DNA of 64,000 nt from an uncultured Acidobacteriota bacterium (GTDB lineage: Bacteria; Acidobacteriota; Blastocatellia; RBC074): contig CAWCKY010000002.1 of assembly GCA_963796275.1 (NCBI GenBank), positions 352,001-416,000 on the forward strand, read 5' to 3'. Shown here one piece after another: positions 29,611-40,412 of this stretch (positions within the stretch are counted from its first letter, which is position 1; each line of letters starts with the position of its first letter). The position numbers were made by a program, and so were the translations under genes. The notes beneath the pieces are model-generated. The model ran no database searches. It had not been told where the DNA came from and was given only the letters and a program-made list of their open reading frames with translations.

Positions 29611-30819
29611 TCATATTTCCTCGAATGCGCCGATGTGTTCAACCCTGGTCTCATCAGCCTTAGACAGAGCAAACTTCGTCAGTACTGGACCCAATATTTC
29701 ATTGATGAGGACCGACCCGAGTATAACGGTAGCAATCACTTCTGCGTACTCGGGAAAGGCGGTGCGCACTTGCAGTGCCAACCCGATTGCCACGCCAGCA
29801 TGTGCCACGAGCGTAACACCGAGGTACTTGCTTATAACGTCAGGATAACCCAGTTTTTTCGCACCGTACCAGGCTCCCGCCATCTTGCCAGCGATGCGCG
29901 ACAGCGTGTAGCCTGCGCCGCTTATGCCGATCAGCAGAAGCGATGATAGTTGAAGATGAGCTCCCGCAAGCACAAAGAAGATCGCGTATAGCGGCGGGTC
30001 GGTCTTGCCGAGCACTTCAAAGAGACGCCGGCTCTCCCGTTCCAGATTGATCAATGCTGCACCCAATGTCATCGTGGCTATTAGCGATGACAGGCCGAGC
30101 CAGTGCGAAGCCCCCACGGCGATCAGAATCATTCCCATGACCAGAATCAGGATCTCTCCGTACTCATCGACATGCTTCCCCCAGTGCGCCAGAACATAGC
30201 CCAACAATATTCCCAGCGCGATAGAACCTACGATGTTCCAAATCACTAAGAGGAATTCCCTTCCCAAGACGGACGCCAGCGAAGGTGTAGTTTCTGTGCT
30301 GTCAAACAATTTCACGACGAACGTCGCAAGGCCGAAGGCGATGAGGCAACCGACATTATTGATCGCCAATACGTTGTTCACTGCATCCGTTAATCGCCCT
30401 CGCGAATTGACTTCCCGCATCACTAGAACCGTCGCAATCGGCGAGACCTCGACCGCGATGATTCCCAGCAGCAGCGCCACCTGCCAGCTCCCATTAAGCG
30501 CCAGTAGCGTGATAAAGACGGCCAAAACGGTTCCAGCCATCACATAAAGGATTAGCAGTAATGTGCGTTTGCCAACTCTCCGCAGATTATCAAATTCGAA
30601 GACCGCCCCGATGCCAAACAGGATCAGCCCCAACGCGATTTCGCTGAAGAATTCGAGAGTCGTCACTGTTTCACTGCTCAGTATTTGCGCAAAAGACGGG
30701 CCCAAAAACAGTCCGATCAAAAAATACCCGACTACTTCCGGTACTCGTATGAACTTGACCAGATGACCGCCGGCCAGCGCAAGCACCAGAATTAGGCCGA
30801 CCAACAGGATGTTGCTCAT
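29611..30819 (-). CDS. Cation:proton antiporter (Na+/H+ exchanger family, CPA2-like) without a TrkA domain
   Basis: About 12 hydrophobic segments; IRVPEVVGY, SPIATVLVMRE, FFVLAGAHL, RIAGK, AGVAIGLA, NEILGP. Confidence 0.9.
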   Translation of the reverse strand: MSNILLVGLILVLALAGGHLVKFIRVPEVVGYFLIGLFLGPSFAQILSSETVTTLEFFSEIALGLILFGIGAVFEFDNLRRVGKRTLLLILYVMAGTVLAVFITLLALNGSWQVALLLGIIAVEVSPIATVLVMREVNSRGRLTDAVNNVLAINNVGCLIAFGLATFVVKLFDSTETTPSLASVLGREFLLVIWNIVGSIALGILLGYVLAHWGKHVDEYGEILILVMGMILIAVGASHWLGLSSLIATMTLGAALINLERESRRLFEVLGKTDPPLYAIFFVLAGAHLQLSSLLLIGISGAGYTLSRIAGKMAGAWYGAKKLGYPDVISKYLGVTLVAHAGVAIGLALQVRTAFPEYAEVIATVILGSVLINEILGPVLTKFALSKADETRVEHIGAFEEI

Positions 30820-32283
30820 TGCACCACCACCCTTTCCCGGACTGCCAGGAAGAATACCTGCTCTCCTCGTCTTATCTGCCAGAGCTGCATATCCTCTGAA
30901 GTTCTTTTCTGCTGTATGCGCTGGAAACCAGCATGGCCGCTGAATCGCCTGCGATCGACCGCGACGATGACGTCATCTGATTGCAAGCCCAATCGTGCCG
31001 CCACACTGGCCGGCCGCACAGCATTGATCTTTACACCTGCGGGTAGAACGGCGCGATCAAGTTCCACCACAAGCGTCTGCTCGCTCTCATCCAGCTTCTG
31101 ATTTGTTTGATCTGTTACGCTCATGTATGGGCGCGTTACAACCTCAAACACGCGTTCTCTTGCGTTACGACGGATAGTCAGATTCAAGGTTATACCGGGA
31201 GCTGTCTGATTAATCGTTTCGATCAACTGCCTCGCCGTAGAGAACATGCTGACCGTTGATACGAACGACCATATCCATCTCGCGCAACCCGGATCCCGCG
31301 GCCGGGCTATCGGATTTGACCAGCGAAATGAGAGCACCCTGCTCGACTTCAAAGTATTCGCGTAAATCATCACTCAGCTCTTGCAGCTCTATCCCTATCC
31401 AGGACTGAGGTTCCGGAATCTTCGCATGAATGAGTCTTTGTGCTACCTTCAGCGCGTGACTTATCGGTATTACATATCCTTGATTACCGTTATCTTGAGG
31501 CTGTCGAAGATTAATGCCCGTGATTTTGCCTTCGAGGTTGATTGCCGGGCAACCATCCTGTTCAGCGACAATCGATGAGTCCAGTAGGAAGGTCTCGAGT
31601 CCCGTCGCATCGCGTCTGACTACCGAAATCATATCCAGCGATACGCTCCGCTGCCCCGTCGGTGAGCGCGCGAGGCTGACGAGCCATGTACCAGCTTGCT
31701 GCGCGGGCTTTTCATCAATTTCCGCCAATTTAATGAGCACATTCGATTCTCGCAACTTCAGCACAGCCAGGTGTTCAGCCTGATCGAAGGCCACCAGGTC
31801 GGCAAACAGTTGACTGCCATTGTCTAAAAGAATATTGAATCGATCGCCGGCATCGACGACCTTGTCAGTAGTCAGGATATGACCTTCCACGTCGATTAGG
31901 ACGCCGGAGGCGACTGATGCTAGAGCTGGCGTCGTGCCAATTGCCTGAGAGTCCAGATAATCGTTGAAAATGGCAATAGTACGCGGAGGCTGCAATCCCT
32001 GAACGGACCTGATGGCGACAACCGCCGGGAGCGCTTTCTGAATTACAGAGTCAATAGTTTGTTCTATCGACTCCAGCTCGCTTTTTTTGAGTACGGTCTG
32101 GACGCCTTCAACCTCCTTACGTAAAGATTCAAGGGTCGATACTTCAAATCGCATCGCGTTTTCTTCCGGGCGAATGCCGCGCAGTAACCCGCCGCTCAGT
32201 AGCACCAATGCCGCAGATAGGAAGATTATCGAATGATATGTTTTTGTCTTATTTACACGCTTGAGCTTTTGAAAAAGCTTCAT
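30816..32283 (-). pseudogene. HtrA/DegP-like protein with two PDZ domains; catalytic triad absent; one frameshift at about 31240
   Basis: PAVVAI, SGVLID, HILTTDKVV, DQAEHLAVL, AEQDGCPAINLEG, WIGIELQEL (PDZ1). The frame changes from RINGQHV to STARQLIETI, then PDZ2 (GLQSDDVIVAVD). The frameshift may be a sequencing error. Confidence 0.8.
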
Positions 32284-32395
32284 TTGCACTCCCCCCTTTA
32301 ATGTCCGATTCTCTGAGTTCTTTCGGCCTGCATTCCCTCATTTCATAATTTGCGACTCATCAATTGCGACCCCAATGAATCGAAAGCTATTGTGG

Positions 32396-32410
32396 GCAAT
32401 GAGTGTGCCG
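32396..32410 (-). promoter_or_regulatory. Sigma54 promoter for the HtrA-like/antiporter operon
   Basis: Minus strand CGGCACACTCATTGC = GG-N10-GC with GGCAC and TTGC, about 110 bp upstream of the start codon. Confidence 0.65.
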
Positions 32411-32563
32411 CAGTTAAATGAGGTATGGGCAAATTAAACTAGTGCGATAACAACGCTTTCAATGATTTCATGAAAACTATGTGAATCGGATTTCGCCTAT
32501 AACCAGCATTCAATGATTGAACTCATTACAGCAAATATTTCTTGTCATATGGAAGTAAAAATA

Positions 32564-32600
32564 TGTGGTCTTAAGCCTCACAGTGAGGCAGAAAGCTACA
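32564..32600. promoter_or_regulatory. Tandem palindromic sites, candidate enhancer (bEBP UAS)
   Basis: TGTGGT-N5-GCCTCA and TGAGGC-N5-GCTACA with 20-bp period, 155-190 bp upstream of the sigma54 site. Confidence 0.45.
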
Positions 32601-33205
32601 ACTATTTACTCAGCTACGATTCCTCGCGTAGCGAGGCGGGACACGAATATTAGTTAGCCCTATATCGCGTAAAACCCTATAACATCGTCTGAAAATCTTT
32701 GTGTCGATCGCGATCGATGATGCGCAACTTCAAGTCAATAGCCTGAATATCTAGTAACACTGGTCCTGAGCTATTCCTGGATAGATTTCGCACACAAGTG
32801 CGTGGTCTTCGGCGATAAATCTCCGTGCGCTTGTTCAGCGCTGGTGCGAGTCAGAAAAGATAAACGCCTCAGACGCGATTATTCGTGAGGTAGTATGCGA
32901 CAAAATTTGTTGCGCGTAATTGCGACACGCCGATGAGAATAATGACGAAAATCCTGATAGGCCCTACCTATAATGCAGATTCCACTGTTATATTCAGCTT
33001 CGATAAGTACGGTTTTGGCAATTATCTTGCCACCCCTCATCAATCTTTTCTAGAAACTTCATCCGCCAACGCCAACAATTCAACCTTTAATAAAATTCAA
33101 TTTACTTACATGTTGCAGAATGCCACAACTGGAATTAGGCAAATGCATCTTCTCGAAACGGGATAGACTTCGCTAACCGATTGACTCGACGCATAGTGAA
33201 CCCAG

Positions 33206-33220
33206 TGGCACGGAACTTGA
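33206..33220 (+). promoter_or_regulatory. Near-consensus sigma54 promoter upstream of treY
   Basis: TGGCACGGAACTTGA: perfect -24 element; the -12 element is TTGA instead of TTGC. Confidence 0.45.
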
Positions 33221-33393
33221 ACTCCATGATTACGACATCAATACCGGGACAATTACAGGTTTCAGCCTGGTATATATCATTCCGCAGCTTGTAAAGAGAG
33301 TCATGAAATATAAAGAAGATAAGGGAGTGATAGGAATTCGGTGATCATACACAGGCTCACCCCGATTGAACCCTGAACACAAAGGCCCGTTAT

Positions 33394-36345
33394 ATGGCAC
33401 CATTTAGCGAAAAAGAACCGATACGGATGCGCATCCCTTGCTCAGCTTATCGTTTGCAACTTAACGAGCTTTTTACTATCGAGCAGGCAACAGAAGTAGT
33501 CGAGTATCTGCACGACCTCGGTATCAGCGATTGTTACACATCGCCGATACTGTCGGCTCGCGCTGGAAGTTTACACGGATACGATATTACCGATCATTCC
33601 CGGCTCAATCCTGAAATCGGTGATGAAGCAGGTTTTGCCAGATTGGCTCAGCTACTGAGAAATCGCCGTATGGGTCTGATTCTGGATGTGGTCCCGAACC
33701 ATATGTGCATCGCGTACGGCGCGAATCAGTGGTGGAATGATGTGTTAGAAAACGGTCCCAGCTCCCCATTTGCGCGGTTCTTTGACATTGACTGGCTGCC
33801 GCCCAAGCCAGACCTCGCTGAGAAAGTTTTACTGCCGATGTTGGGCGAGCAATACGGCCGCGCGCTGGAAAATCAGGAACTCAGGCTCGCATACGACCGC
33901 GGAGCTTTCTTTATCGAGTACTACGAGACTCGCCTGCCGATAGCCCCGCGAACTTACATATATATTCTTGAACCATTGCTGGTACAGCTTCGCTGCCGGC
34001 ACGCCGAATCACATCACGACTTGATGGAACTGGAAAGCATCATCACGGCGCTCCGCTATCTGCCGCCGCGGTCAGAGACTGACGAAGCGCGCCTCAAAGA
34101 AAGGCAACGCGAAAAAGAGATAATCAAGCGGCGATTCGACAAGCTCATCGAGGAGTGCGAAGAAGCGCGGCGCATTTTGGATGAAGTGTTAGTCGAATTC
34201 AACGGCGAACGCGGCAACCCACGCAGCTTTAATCGACTTGAGCGGCTCCTCACCGATCAGGCTTATCGCCTCAGTTACTGGCGTGTGGCTGCAGACGAAA
34301 TCAACTACCGGCGCTTTTTCGATATCAACGAGCTGGCGGCCATCCGAGTAGAGGAGCCGGAAGTCTTTGCCGCCGTTCACCGGCTGATCTTCCAACTGAT
34401 GAAGCACGGGCAGGTGACCGGATTGCGCATCGACCACGTCGATGGGTTGCTCGACCCGATGCAATACTTGAATGATCTCCAGGCCGGATGTTTGTTAAAT
34501 GAACCGTTGAGCGCCGCCGCTGCCGCTGAATCGCCGTCTCCTTCTCAATGCCATCAAACCACAGCGTCGAAGCTGCCTGCATACATCGTAGTTGAAAAGA
34601 TCCTGGGTCATGATGAAATGCTGCGACCCGATTGGGCGGTGCACGGAACCACCGGCTACGGCTTCTTGAATTTGCTCAATGGCGTCTTCATCGATACGAC
34701 GAACAAACTCGCATTTCTTCTTCTATATCAACGATTCACCGGGCAGTCAGTCAACTTTTCCGATCTCATCTATTACTGCAAAAAACTGATTTTGCGAGTT
34801 GCTATGTCAAGCGAGCTAAACGTGCTGGCATGCCAACTCGATCGGATATCCGAGCAGTTGCGATATTCGCGCGACTTCACGCTCAACAGCCTGCAATATG
34901 CGCTCGGTGAATTGATCGCATGCTTCCCCATCTATCGAACCTATACGCGATTTGACCAGAATGAAGTGAATGAAGAGGATCAACGGCATATTCGCCGCGC
35001 GATCAACGAGGCTATGCATCGCAACCCGGCAATAAGCCTTTCACTTTTCGATTTCATCGGATCACTGCTCCTGCTCGAAGCTCCGGAGGGGCTGTCTGTT
35101 GAGGAGATTGCTGAGAGACGCAATTTCGTGCTGCGTTTCCAGCAGTTGACCGGGCCAGTGATGGCGAAAGGGATGGAGGATACCGCCTTTTATCGCTACT
35201 TCCCTCTCGCCTCGCTCAATGAAGTAGGAGGCGAGCCTGCTCGATTTGGGATTACGGTAGAAGTTTTTCACGACAAAAATCAGCAGCGAATGCACGAACG
35301 CCCGCACGGACTTTCGGCCACCTCGACGCACGATACCAAGCGCAGTGAGGACGTGCGCGCGCGCTTGAACGTGCTTTCCGAGATGCCGGCCCAGTGGTAT
35401 CGCAACATTTTACGCTGGCGCATGGCTAATCAAGACCAAAAAACACGACTCAACGGCACTGAAGCGCCGGATGCCAATGATGAATATTTGATCTACCAAA
35501 CGCTTGTCGGGGCGTGGCCGCTCACCCGTTTAATAGGCGGCGAGCTCGACGAGTTCGTCCGGCGAATCCAGGAGTACATGATCAAAGCCATCAGAGAGGC
35601 GAAAGTCCATACAAGCTGGATCAGCCCGAATGAGCCATACGAACGGGGCATACGTCAATTTATCCGAACCATTCTGGACTTTACGCCTGAAAATTGCTTC
35701 CTCGATGATTTCACCGGGTTTCAACAAACGATCGCCCGTGCTGGAATATTCAATTCTCTCTCGCAAACATTGCTTAAGATCACTTTGCCGGGTGTCCCGG
35801 ATTTTTATCAGGGCACTGAATTATGGGACTTCAGTTTGGTCGATCCTGACAACCGCCGGCCGGTAGATTTTATGAAAAGGCGGAATTTATTGGCTGAAAT
35901 TCGTGATGCAGAAAGAGAAGATTTGCTCGGCTTCATTGATCGAATGATGCAGCATCCCGAAGATGGACACATCAAGATGTACCTGATAAAGCGGGCGCTT
36001 AACTTCCGCCGTGCGCAACACGAGCTGTTCTCGACCGGATATTATCAGCCGCTACGCGCGTCAGGCAGCCGGAAGAATCATGTAATCGCGTTCTCCCGTA
36101 CCTTGCGCAACAAAACAGTAATCGTGGCAACGGGGCGATTCTTCTCGCGGCTCGGCGATTTACCGACCGGGCAGAACACGTGGAATGAAACATTCATCCT
36201 ATTGGAGAAGAAAATAAGGTCCAGTCGTTACCGGAATGTGTTTACCGGCGAAATGCTGCAAGTGAGTGAACAGAATAAGAAAAGCGGGTTATCGCTGGCC
36301 CAACTCTTTTCACGGGTTCCCGTAGCGATGCTGGAACTGGTCTAA
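33394..36345 (+). CDS. treY: Malto-oligosyltrehalose synthase
   Basis: [77 protein letters not shown]. Confidence 0.95.
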   Translation: MAPFSEKEPIRMRIPCSAYRLQLNELFTIEQATEVVEYLHDLGISDCYTSPILSARAGSLHGYDITDHSRLNPEIGDEAGFARLAQLLRNRRMGLILDVVPNHMCIAYGANQWWNDVLENGPSSPFARFFDIDWLPPKPDLAEKVLLPMLGEQYGRALENQELRLAYDRGAFFIEYYETRLPIAPRTYIYILEPLLVQLRCRHAESHHDLMELESIITALRYLPPRSETDEARLKERQREKEIIKRRFDKLIEECEEARRILDEVLVEFNGERGNPRSFNRLERLLTDQAYRLSYWRVAADEINYRRFFDINELAAIRVEEPEVFAAVHRLIFQLMKHGQVTGLRIDHVDGLLDPMQYLNDLQAGCLLNEPLSAAAAAESPSPSQCHQTTASKLPAYIVVEKILGHDEMLRPDWAVHGTTGYGFLNLLNGVFIDTTNKLAFLLLYQRFTGQSVNFSDLIYYCKKLILRVAMSSELNVLACQLDRISEQLRYSRDFTLNSLQYALGELIACFPIYRTYTRFDQNEVNEEDQRHIRRAINEAMHRNPAISLSLFDFIGSLLLLEAPEGLSVEEIAERRNFVLRFQQLTGPVMAKGMEDTAFYRYFPLASLNEVGGEPARFGITVEVFHDKNQQRMHERPHGLSATSTHDTKRSEDVRARLNVLSEMPAQWYRNILRWRMANQDQKTRLNGTEAPDANDEYLIYQTLVGAWPLTRLIGGELDEFVRRIQEYMIKAIREAKVHTSWISPNEPYERGIRQFIRTILDFTPENCFLDDFTGFQQTIARAGIFNSLSQTLLKITLPGVPDFYQGTELWDFSLVDPDNRRPVDFMKRRNLLAEIRDAEREDLLGFIDRMMQHPEDGHIKMYLIKRALNFRRAQHELFSTGYYQPLRASGSRKNHVIAFSRTLRNKTVIVATGRFFSRLGDLPTGQNTWNETFILLEKKIRSSRYRNVFTGEMLQVSEQNKKSGLSLAQLFSRVPVAMLELV

Positions 36346-36364
36346 TCTGAAACAAAAGTCCTCA

Positions 36365-36485
36365 GCGGATTTCAGATGAATATCTTGGGATAGCGGAGCC
36401 CTTGGAGTGCGGTTGCAAGCAAGCAAGCAACCGCACTCCAAGGGGCTCTGCAATCTTCAACCCTGCATACTCATCTGAAAACCGC
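36365..36485. mobile_element. 121-bp MITE-like element: 19-bp TIRs around a REP-like 18-bp perfect hairpin
   Basis: GCGGATTTCAGATGAATAT / ATACTCATCTGAAAACCGC (17/19 match). Inner stem CCCTTGGAGTGCGGTTGC at 36399-36416 / 36427-36444. Confidence 0.62.
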
Positions 36486-36633
36486 AGTAAATCCTTCTGC
36501 GTATCGGAGACCACCAACTTTTCATGAACTTTTACAGAATCGCCTTCGCCTGCTTGCATGTGGAATGTTATTCATGCAAGAGTTCATACAATCTCAACTA
36601 ATCACTGAACAATATAAAAATAGGAGAAATCTC

Positions 36634-36933
36634 ATGGTTAAAGTAGCACTTTTCGTTCGATTGGAAGCAAAACCCGGAAAAGAAGGAGAGGTTGAAAAAT
36701 TTCTTAATGGCGGATTGCCGCTGGTTGAGGAAGAGCCAGCGACGATCACCTGGTATGCCATCAAATTAGGGCCTTCAACGTACGGTATCTTCGATACATT
36801 TCAGGACGAAAATGGCCGGCAAGCGCATCTATCTGGCAAGGTCGCGGCGGCCCTGATGGCAAAGGCTTCTGAGTTACTTTCGCAACCGCCTCAGATCGAA
36901 CGGGTGGAAATCCTTGCTGCCAAGCTTCCCTAG
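36634..36933 (+). CDS. Antibiotic biosynthesis monooxygenase (ABM) family protein
   Basis: [23 protein letters not shown]; RBS AGGAG. Confidence 0.88.
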   Translation: MVKVALFVRLEAKPGKEGEVEKFLNGGLPLVEEEPATITWYAIKLGPSTYGIFDTFQDENGRQAHLSGKVAAALMAKASELLSQPPQIERVEILAAKLP

Positions 36934-36958
36934 ACAGTCGATCAATACCGGAAAAAAT

Positions 36959-38305
36959 ATGCTTCGAGGATTACTCGTTTTGATGATCGTAGCCGCTGCC
37001 TATACGCAGGCTGCATCTCAGGGGTTACTCAAGGCCGGGTTAGCAAAGGTTGTGATAACCCCTGAAACGAACATCTGGATGGCCGGTTACGCTGCGCGCA
37101 AAAAACCGGCCGAGGGTAAGATTCACGACCTTCACGCGAAAGCGCTAGCGATCATGGATAGGAGTGGCAATCGCGTTGTAATAGTGACGTCTGACCTGCT
37201 CGGATTTCCGCGCGCGTTAACGGAAGAGGTCTCCAGGCTGGCGAAGAAAAGTTATGGCCTGAAGCGCGAGCAGATACTTTTCAACTCGTCACACACTCAC
37301 ACTGGTCCGGTTCTCAGCGGATCGCTAGCCGGCGCATATGATCTTGACACGGATCAAACGGCCGCTATTGCCCAGTACACGGAACGACTTAAAGATAAGC
37401 TCGTAGCGCTCATAGGCAAGGCGATCGAAGCTCTATCTCCATCTAAGGTCTCTTTCGGACGCGGCGTTGCGCCATTCGCGATGAACCGGAGGCAGATGAC
37501 GCCCAATGGAATGGTCATCGGAGTCAATCCTGATGGGGTCGTCGATCGCGAAGTTCCGGTGTTGCGGATCGAATCGCCCGATGGGATTTTACGCGGAATC
37601 GTATTCGGTTATGCCTGCCATAACACAACGCTGACAGGCGAATTTTATCTATACAGCGGTGATTATTCCGGTTTTGCTCAGGATGCAATCGAAAGATCTC
37701 ATCCGGGAGTGATAGCTCTTTTCGTAACTGGGTGTGGAGCGGATATCAATCCCAATCCCCGCAGCAAGCTCGAATTAGCACAAGAACACGGCGAAACTCT
37801 GGCGAAATCGGTCGACCAGGTTTTGAGCGGCTCGTTGATTTCACTCAAAGGTAAAGTCAAATCGGTAATCGGCGAAGTAGCGATTCCCTTCTCTCCGCCA
37901 CCGACCAAAGAAGAATTTCAAGCTCGGCTTAATAATAGTAATACTCATCGGAGCCGCCACGCTGAGCGGATGTTGCAGCGGCTGGAGCGGGACGGAAAAC
38001 TCATCTCAAAATATCCCTACACCATCCAGATCGTTCAGATCGGGGATTTGAAATTGGTCGCACTGGCGGGCGAGGTCGTGACCGATTACTCTCTGCGATT
38101 GAAAAGCGAACTCGGCGGAAATCTTTGGGTGGCAGGCTACAGTAACGATCTATGCTCATATATACCATCGGCACGGATGTTCAAGGAAGGCGGCTACGAG
38201 GTATTCGACTCGATGATCTATTACGACCTGCCAGGCCCGTATCAGCCTGAGATCGAAGAGCTGATTATCGGCAAAGTGCACGAGCTCGCGCGCCGTCTCA
38301 AGTAA
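36959..38305 (+). CDS. Neutral/alkaline ceramidase-like exported protein
   Basis: Signal peptide; ITP..MAGY, SHTHTGP, YACHNT, SGDY, GADINP, GGYE. Confidence 0.8.
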   Translation: MLRGLLVLMIVAAAYTQAASQGLLKAGLAKVVITPETNIWMAGYAARKKPAEGKIHDLHAKALAIMDRSGNRVVIVTSDLLGFPRALTEEVSRLAKKSYGLKREQILFNSSHTHTGPVLSGSLAGAYDLDTDQTAAIAQYTERLKDKLVALIGKAIEALSPSKVSFGRGVAPFAMNRRQMTPNGMVIGVNPDGVVDREVPVLRIESPDGILRGIVFGYACHNTTLTGEFYLYSGDYSGFAQDAIERSHPGVIALFVTGCGADINPNPRSKLELAQEHGETLAKSVDQVLSGSLISLKGKVKSVIGEVAIPFSPPPTKEEFQARLNNSNTHRSRHAERMLQRLERDGKLISKYPYTIQIVQIGDLKLVALAGEVVTDYSLRLKSELGGNLWVAGYSNDLCSYIPSARMFKEGGYEVFDSMIYYDLPGPYQPEIEELIIGKVHELARRLK

Positions 38306-38340
38306 AATGTACCTGAGAATGAAACGACGCTACCGCAGCG

Positions 38341-38673
38341 TTAGGACTCTTCGAACGATCCATCAAACACACAGCCGGGCGCCGTCTCGCATAGTATGAC
38401 ATCGTAACTTTCCAGCAACGGCATGGCGATAGACTCCAGCTCATTCTTCCACACCTCGCCTTCGTAGAAGTCGGTCTTCATCCGGTCTCGTTCGTCTAAA
38501 GATGGAAACAGGCGCAACCAAACAAATTTGTTGGGGTTTTCAAGATCAATCAATGGGCCGAGAACTTTCATCCCATGAGAACGCAGCGCCGGTATTGTTC
38601 GAGTTTTGAAGAATTGGATGAATTCGTCGCGGTGCCCCGGCTTGATTCTGTAGCTTCGTACCTCAACTATCAC
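38341..38673 (-). CDS. NIPSNAP family protein
   Basis: EVRSYRIKPG, FVWLRLF, FY..W; RBS GAGGAG. Confidence 0.85.
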   Translation of the reverse strand: MIVEVRSYRIKPGHRDEFIQFFKTRTIPALRSHGMKVLGPLIDLENPNKFVWLRLFPSLDERDRMKTDFYEGEVWKNELESIAMPLLESYDVILCETAPGCVFDGSFEES

Positions 38674-39106
38674 GTTTTATCTCCTCAATGCTTGATCGAA
38701 CATTACGATCGGTAATTTTTCGGGATGGACTATAATCCGAACTATGAGCTTCATCAAGAAGGCATTTTTGTTCGTGTTTAAATGTTCCTAGGCCGGAAAA
38801 GCACAAGCTAACTGCCGATGGTGGCCAGCTTGTCACTACATCAGACTCTCGCGATTGCGATCTTTGCTCTGCGCTCTGAATGGGGTGGTGGAGCCTAACA
38901 AAACCACCGATCAATACAATCGGCTGTGCCCCGGCGCAAACCGAAAATTTTGGTGAATGATAAGGTGGCATGGATTGCCATGATGTGGAGTGTAGCATCT
39001 GGTGAATGGCAAGGTTGTCGCCGAATCCTGAAGGAGCGTGATGCGTCCAATTTATTACGCCTCTACAAGGATTGGCGACCTCTCTCGCCATTCACCAAGT
39101 CAAGGT

Positions 39107-40372
39107 CTATTTCCCACCAGTGCTTGCTTTTGACTCTGCGCTTTTCTGCTTGACGACGATGTAATCGAAGAACCCGTTCATCATCTCTTCCCAGGTCTGT
39201 TCGCCGAAGCGAACAGATTTCGTCGGATCGGGATTCTGCGTATTTTTCGTCGAGTTGTCGAAGTGCGCAATGGTCTCTATCTTGGCGCCTTTCGGTAGGC
39301 GGATCGGTTTCTTGGGGTAGTAATAGACCTGCCAGCCGAAGTCGTAGCGCGGGACGGATAGCAGGATTTCAGAACGCCCATCGGGATAGACAGCGCGGTA
39401 GAGATAGTCTTTGCCGCGCAAATGCATGTGCGGCATAAAGCTGATGATCTCAACCTCTTCATCGGCGACCCAATCGGCGCTGACTTCGTGGTTGACGGCG
39501 TGCGGCGGAATCTCGAATCGCGGATTCCATGAGGCCGTCGTCGTAATCACTTTATCCACTTGCGTCTTGGCGAATTTCAGGCCGACCTGTGAGCGATCTT
39601 TCGTCTCTTTGCCGCTCGGCGTGTAGTGCATCTGGAAGACTAGGTTCGAGCCGGCCTTGATAAGTTTGGCTGTGCCGGGCTGCGACACGAACGGCGTGTT
39701 GCCCGGAGAGAGCGCGCCGAGCAACCCCGTGCCGATGTCCTGCCTCTTGGGCCGCTTCTCGTTTGGATCGCGCACGTAAATCACGATGTGATGCACAACC
39801 GAGAGATCGCCCGCACGAGCCTCCATAGCGGCGATATATTTGTCCTCTTTGAAATTGGTCGGGATGGTGAAATACATATACGGAACCGTGCCATCGGCGG
39901 GGACGGTGAACTCTTCGGGCATCTGGAACACGATGTCTGGCTCGCCGATCTGCCAACCTCTGGCGAACTGAGGCATTGGCGGCAAATCTTTCGGATCGCC
40001 TTCCTTCGAGCCTCCGCCGACCCAACCGACAATCGTGTCAATCTCTTTTTGCGAGAGCCTCTTGTCGTTTGCCCATTCGCCGTGTGCTGGATCGGCGTGC
40101 CACGGCGGCATCTCGCGATTGGCGACTTTCTCGCGAATCGCTTTGGCCCAGGGACGGACTTCTTTGTAAGTCATCAAAGACATCGGCGCTATCTCACCCG
40201 GGCGATGGCACTCGACGCAGTTCTTATAAAAGATCGGCGCTATATCTTTTGCGAAAGTCGGCGCAGACTTCTCGCCGCTCGCGCCGCCGCTCGCGCTGGT
40301 GCGCGAGAAACCGGCGAGCCCGACGGCCAGACAGATTAACAGGGCGATAAACATCAGATGTTGGCGATTCAT
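39107..40372 (-). CDS. Exported c-type cytochrome fused to a copper type II (PHM-like) monooxygenase domain
   Basis: Signal peptide; CVECH and MPPW; VVHH, QMHY, MPHMH, EEMM Cu-ligand-like motifs; YDFGWQ; RBS GAGGAGG. Confidence 0.8.
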   Translation of the reverse strand: MNRQHLMFIALLICLAVGLAGFSRTSASGGASGEKSAPTFAKDIAPIFYKNCVECHRPGEIAPMSLMTYKEVRPWAKAIREKVANREMPPWHADPAHGEWANDKRLSQKEIDTIVGWVGGGSKEGDPKDLPPMPQFARGWQIGEPDIVFQMPEEFTVPADGTVPYMYFTIPTNFKEDKYIAAMEARAGDLSVVHHIVIYVRDPNEKRPKRQDIGTGLLGALSPGNTPFVSQPGTAKLIKAGSNLVFQMHYTPSGKETKDRSQVGLKFAKTQVDKVITTTASWNPRFEIPPHAVNHEVSADWVADEEVEIISFMPHMHLRGKDYLYRAVYPDGRSEILLSVPRYDFGWQVYYYPKKPIRLPKGAKIETIAHFDNSTKNTQNPDPTKSVRFGEQTWEEMMNGFFDYIVVKQKSAESKASTGGK

Positions 40373-40412
40373 CGTTAACCTCCTCATGCTTTGGTCAGTA
40401 CAGCAGTCAGGT

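Noticed and set aside
32933-33166. 77-aa ORF between the divergent promoters
   Set aside because: AT-rich regulatory DNA with a weak RBS and no recognisable features.
38680-39100. ORFs 38663-39091 and 38926-39153
   Set aside because: No motifs or RBS; possibly decayed DNA, but unassignable.
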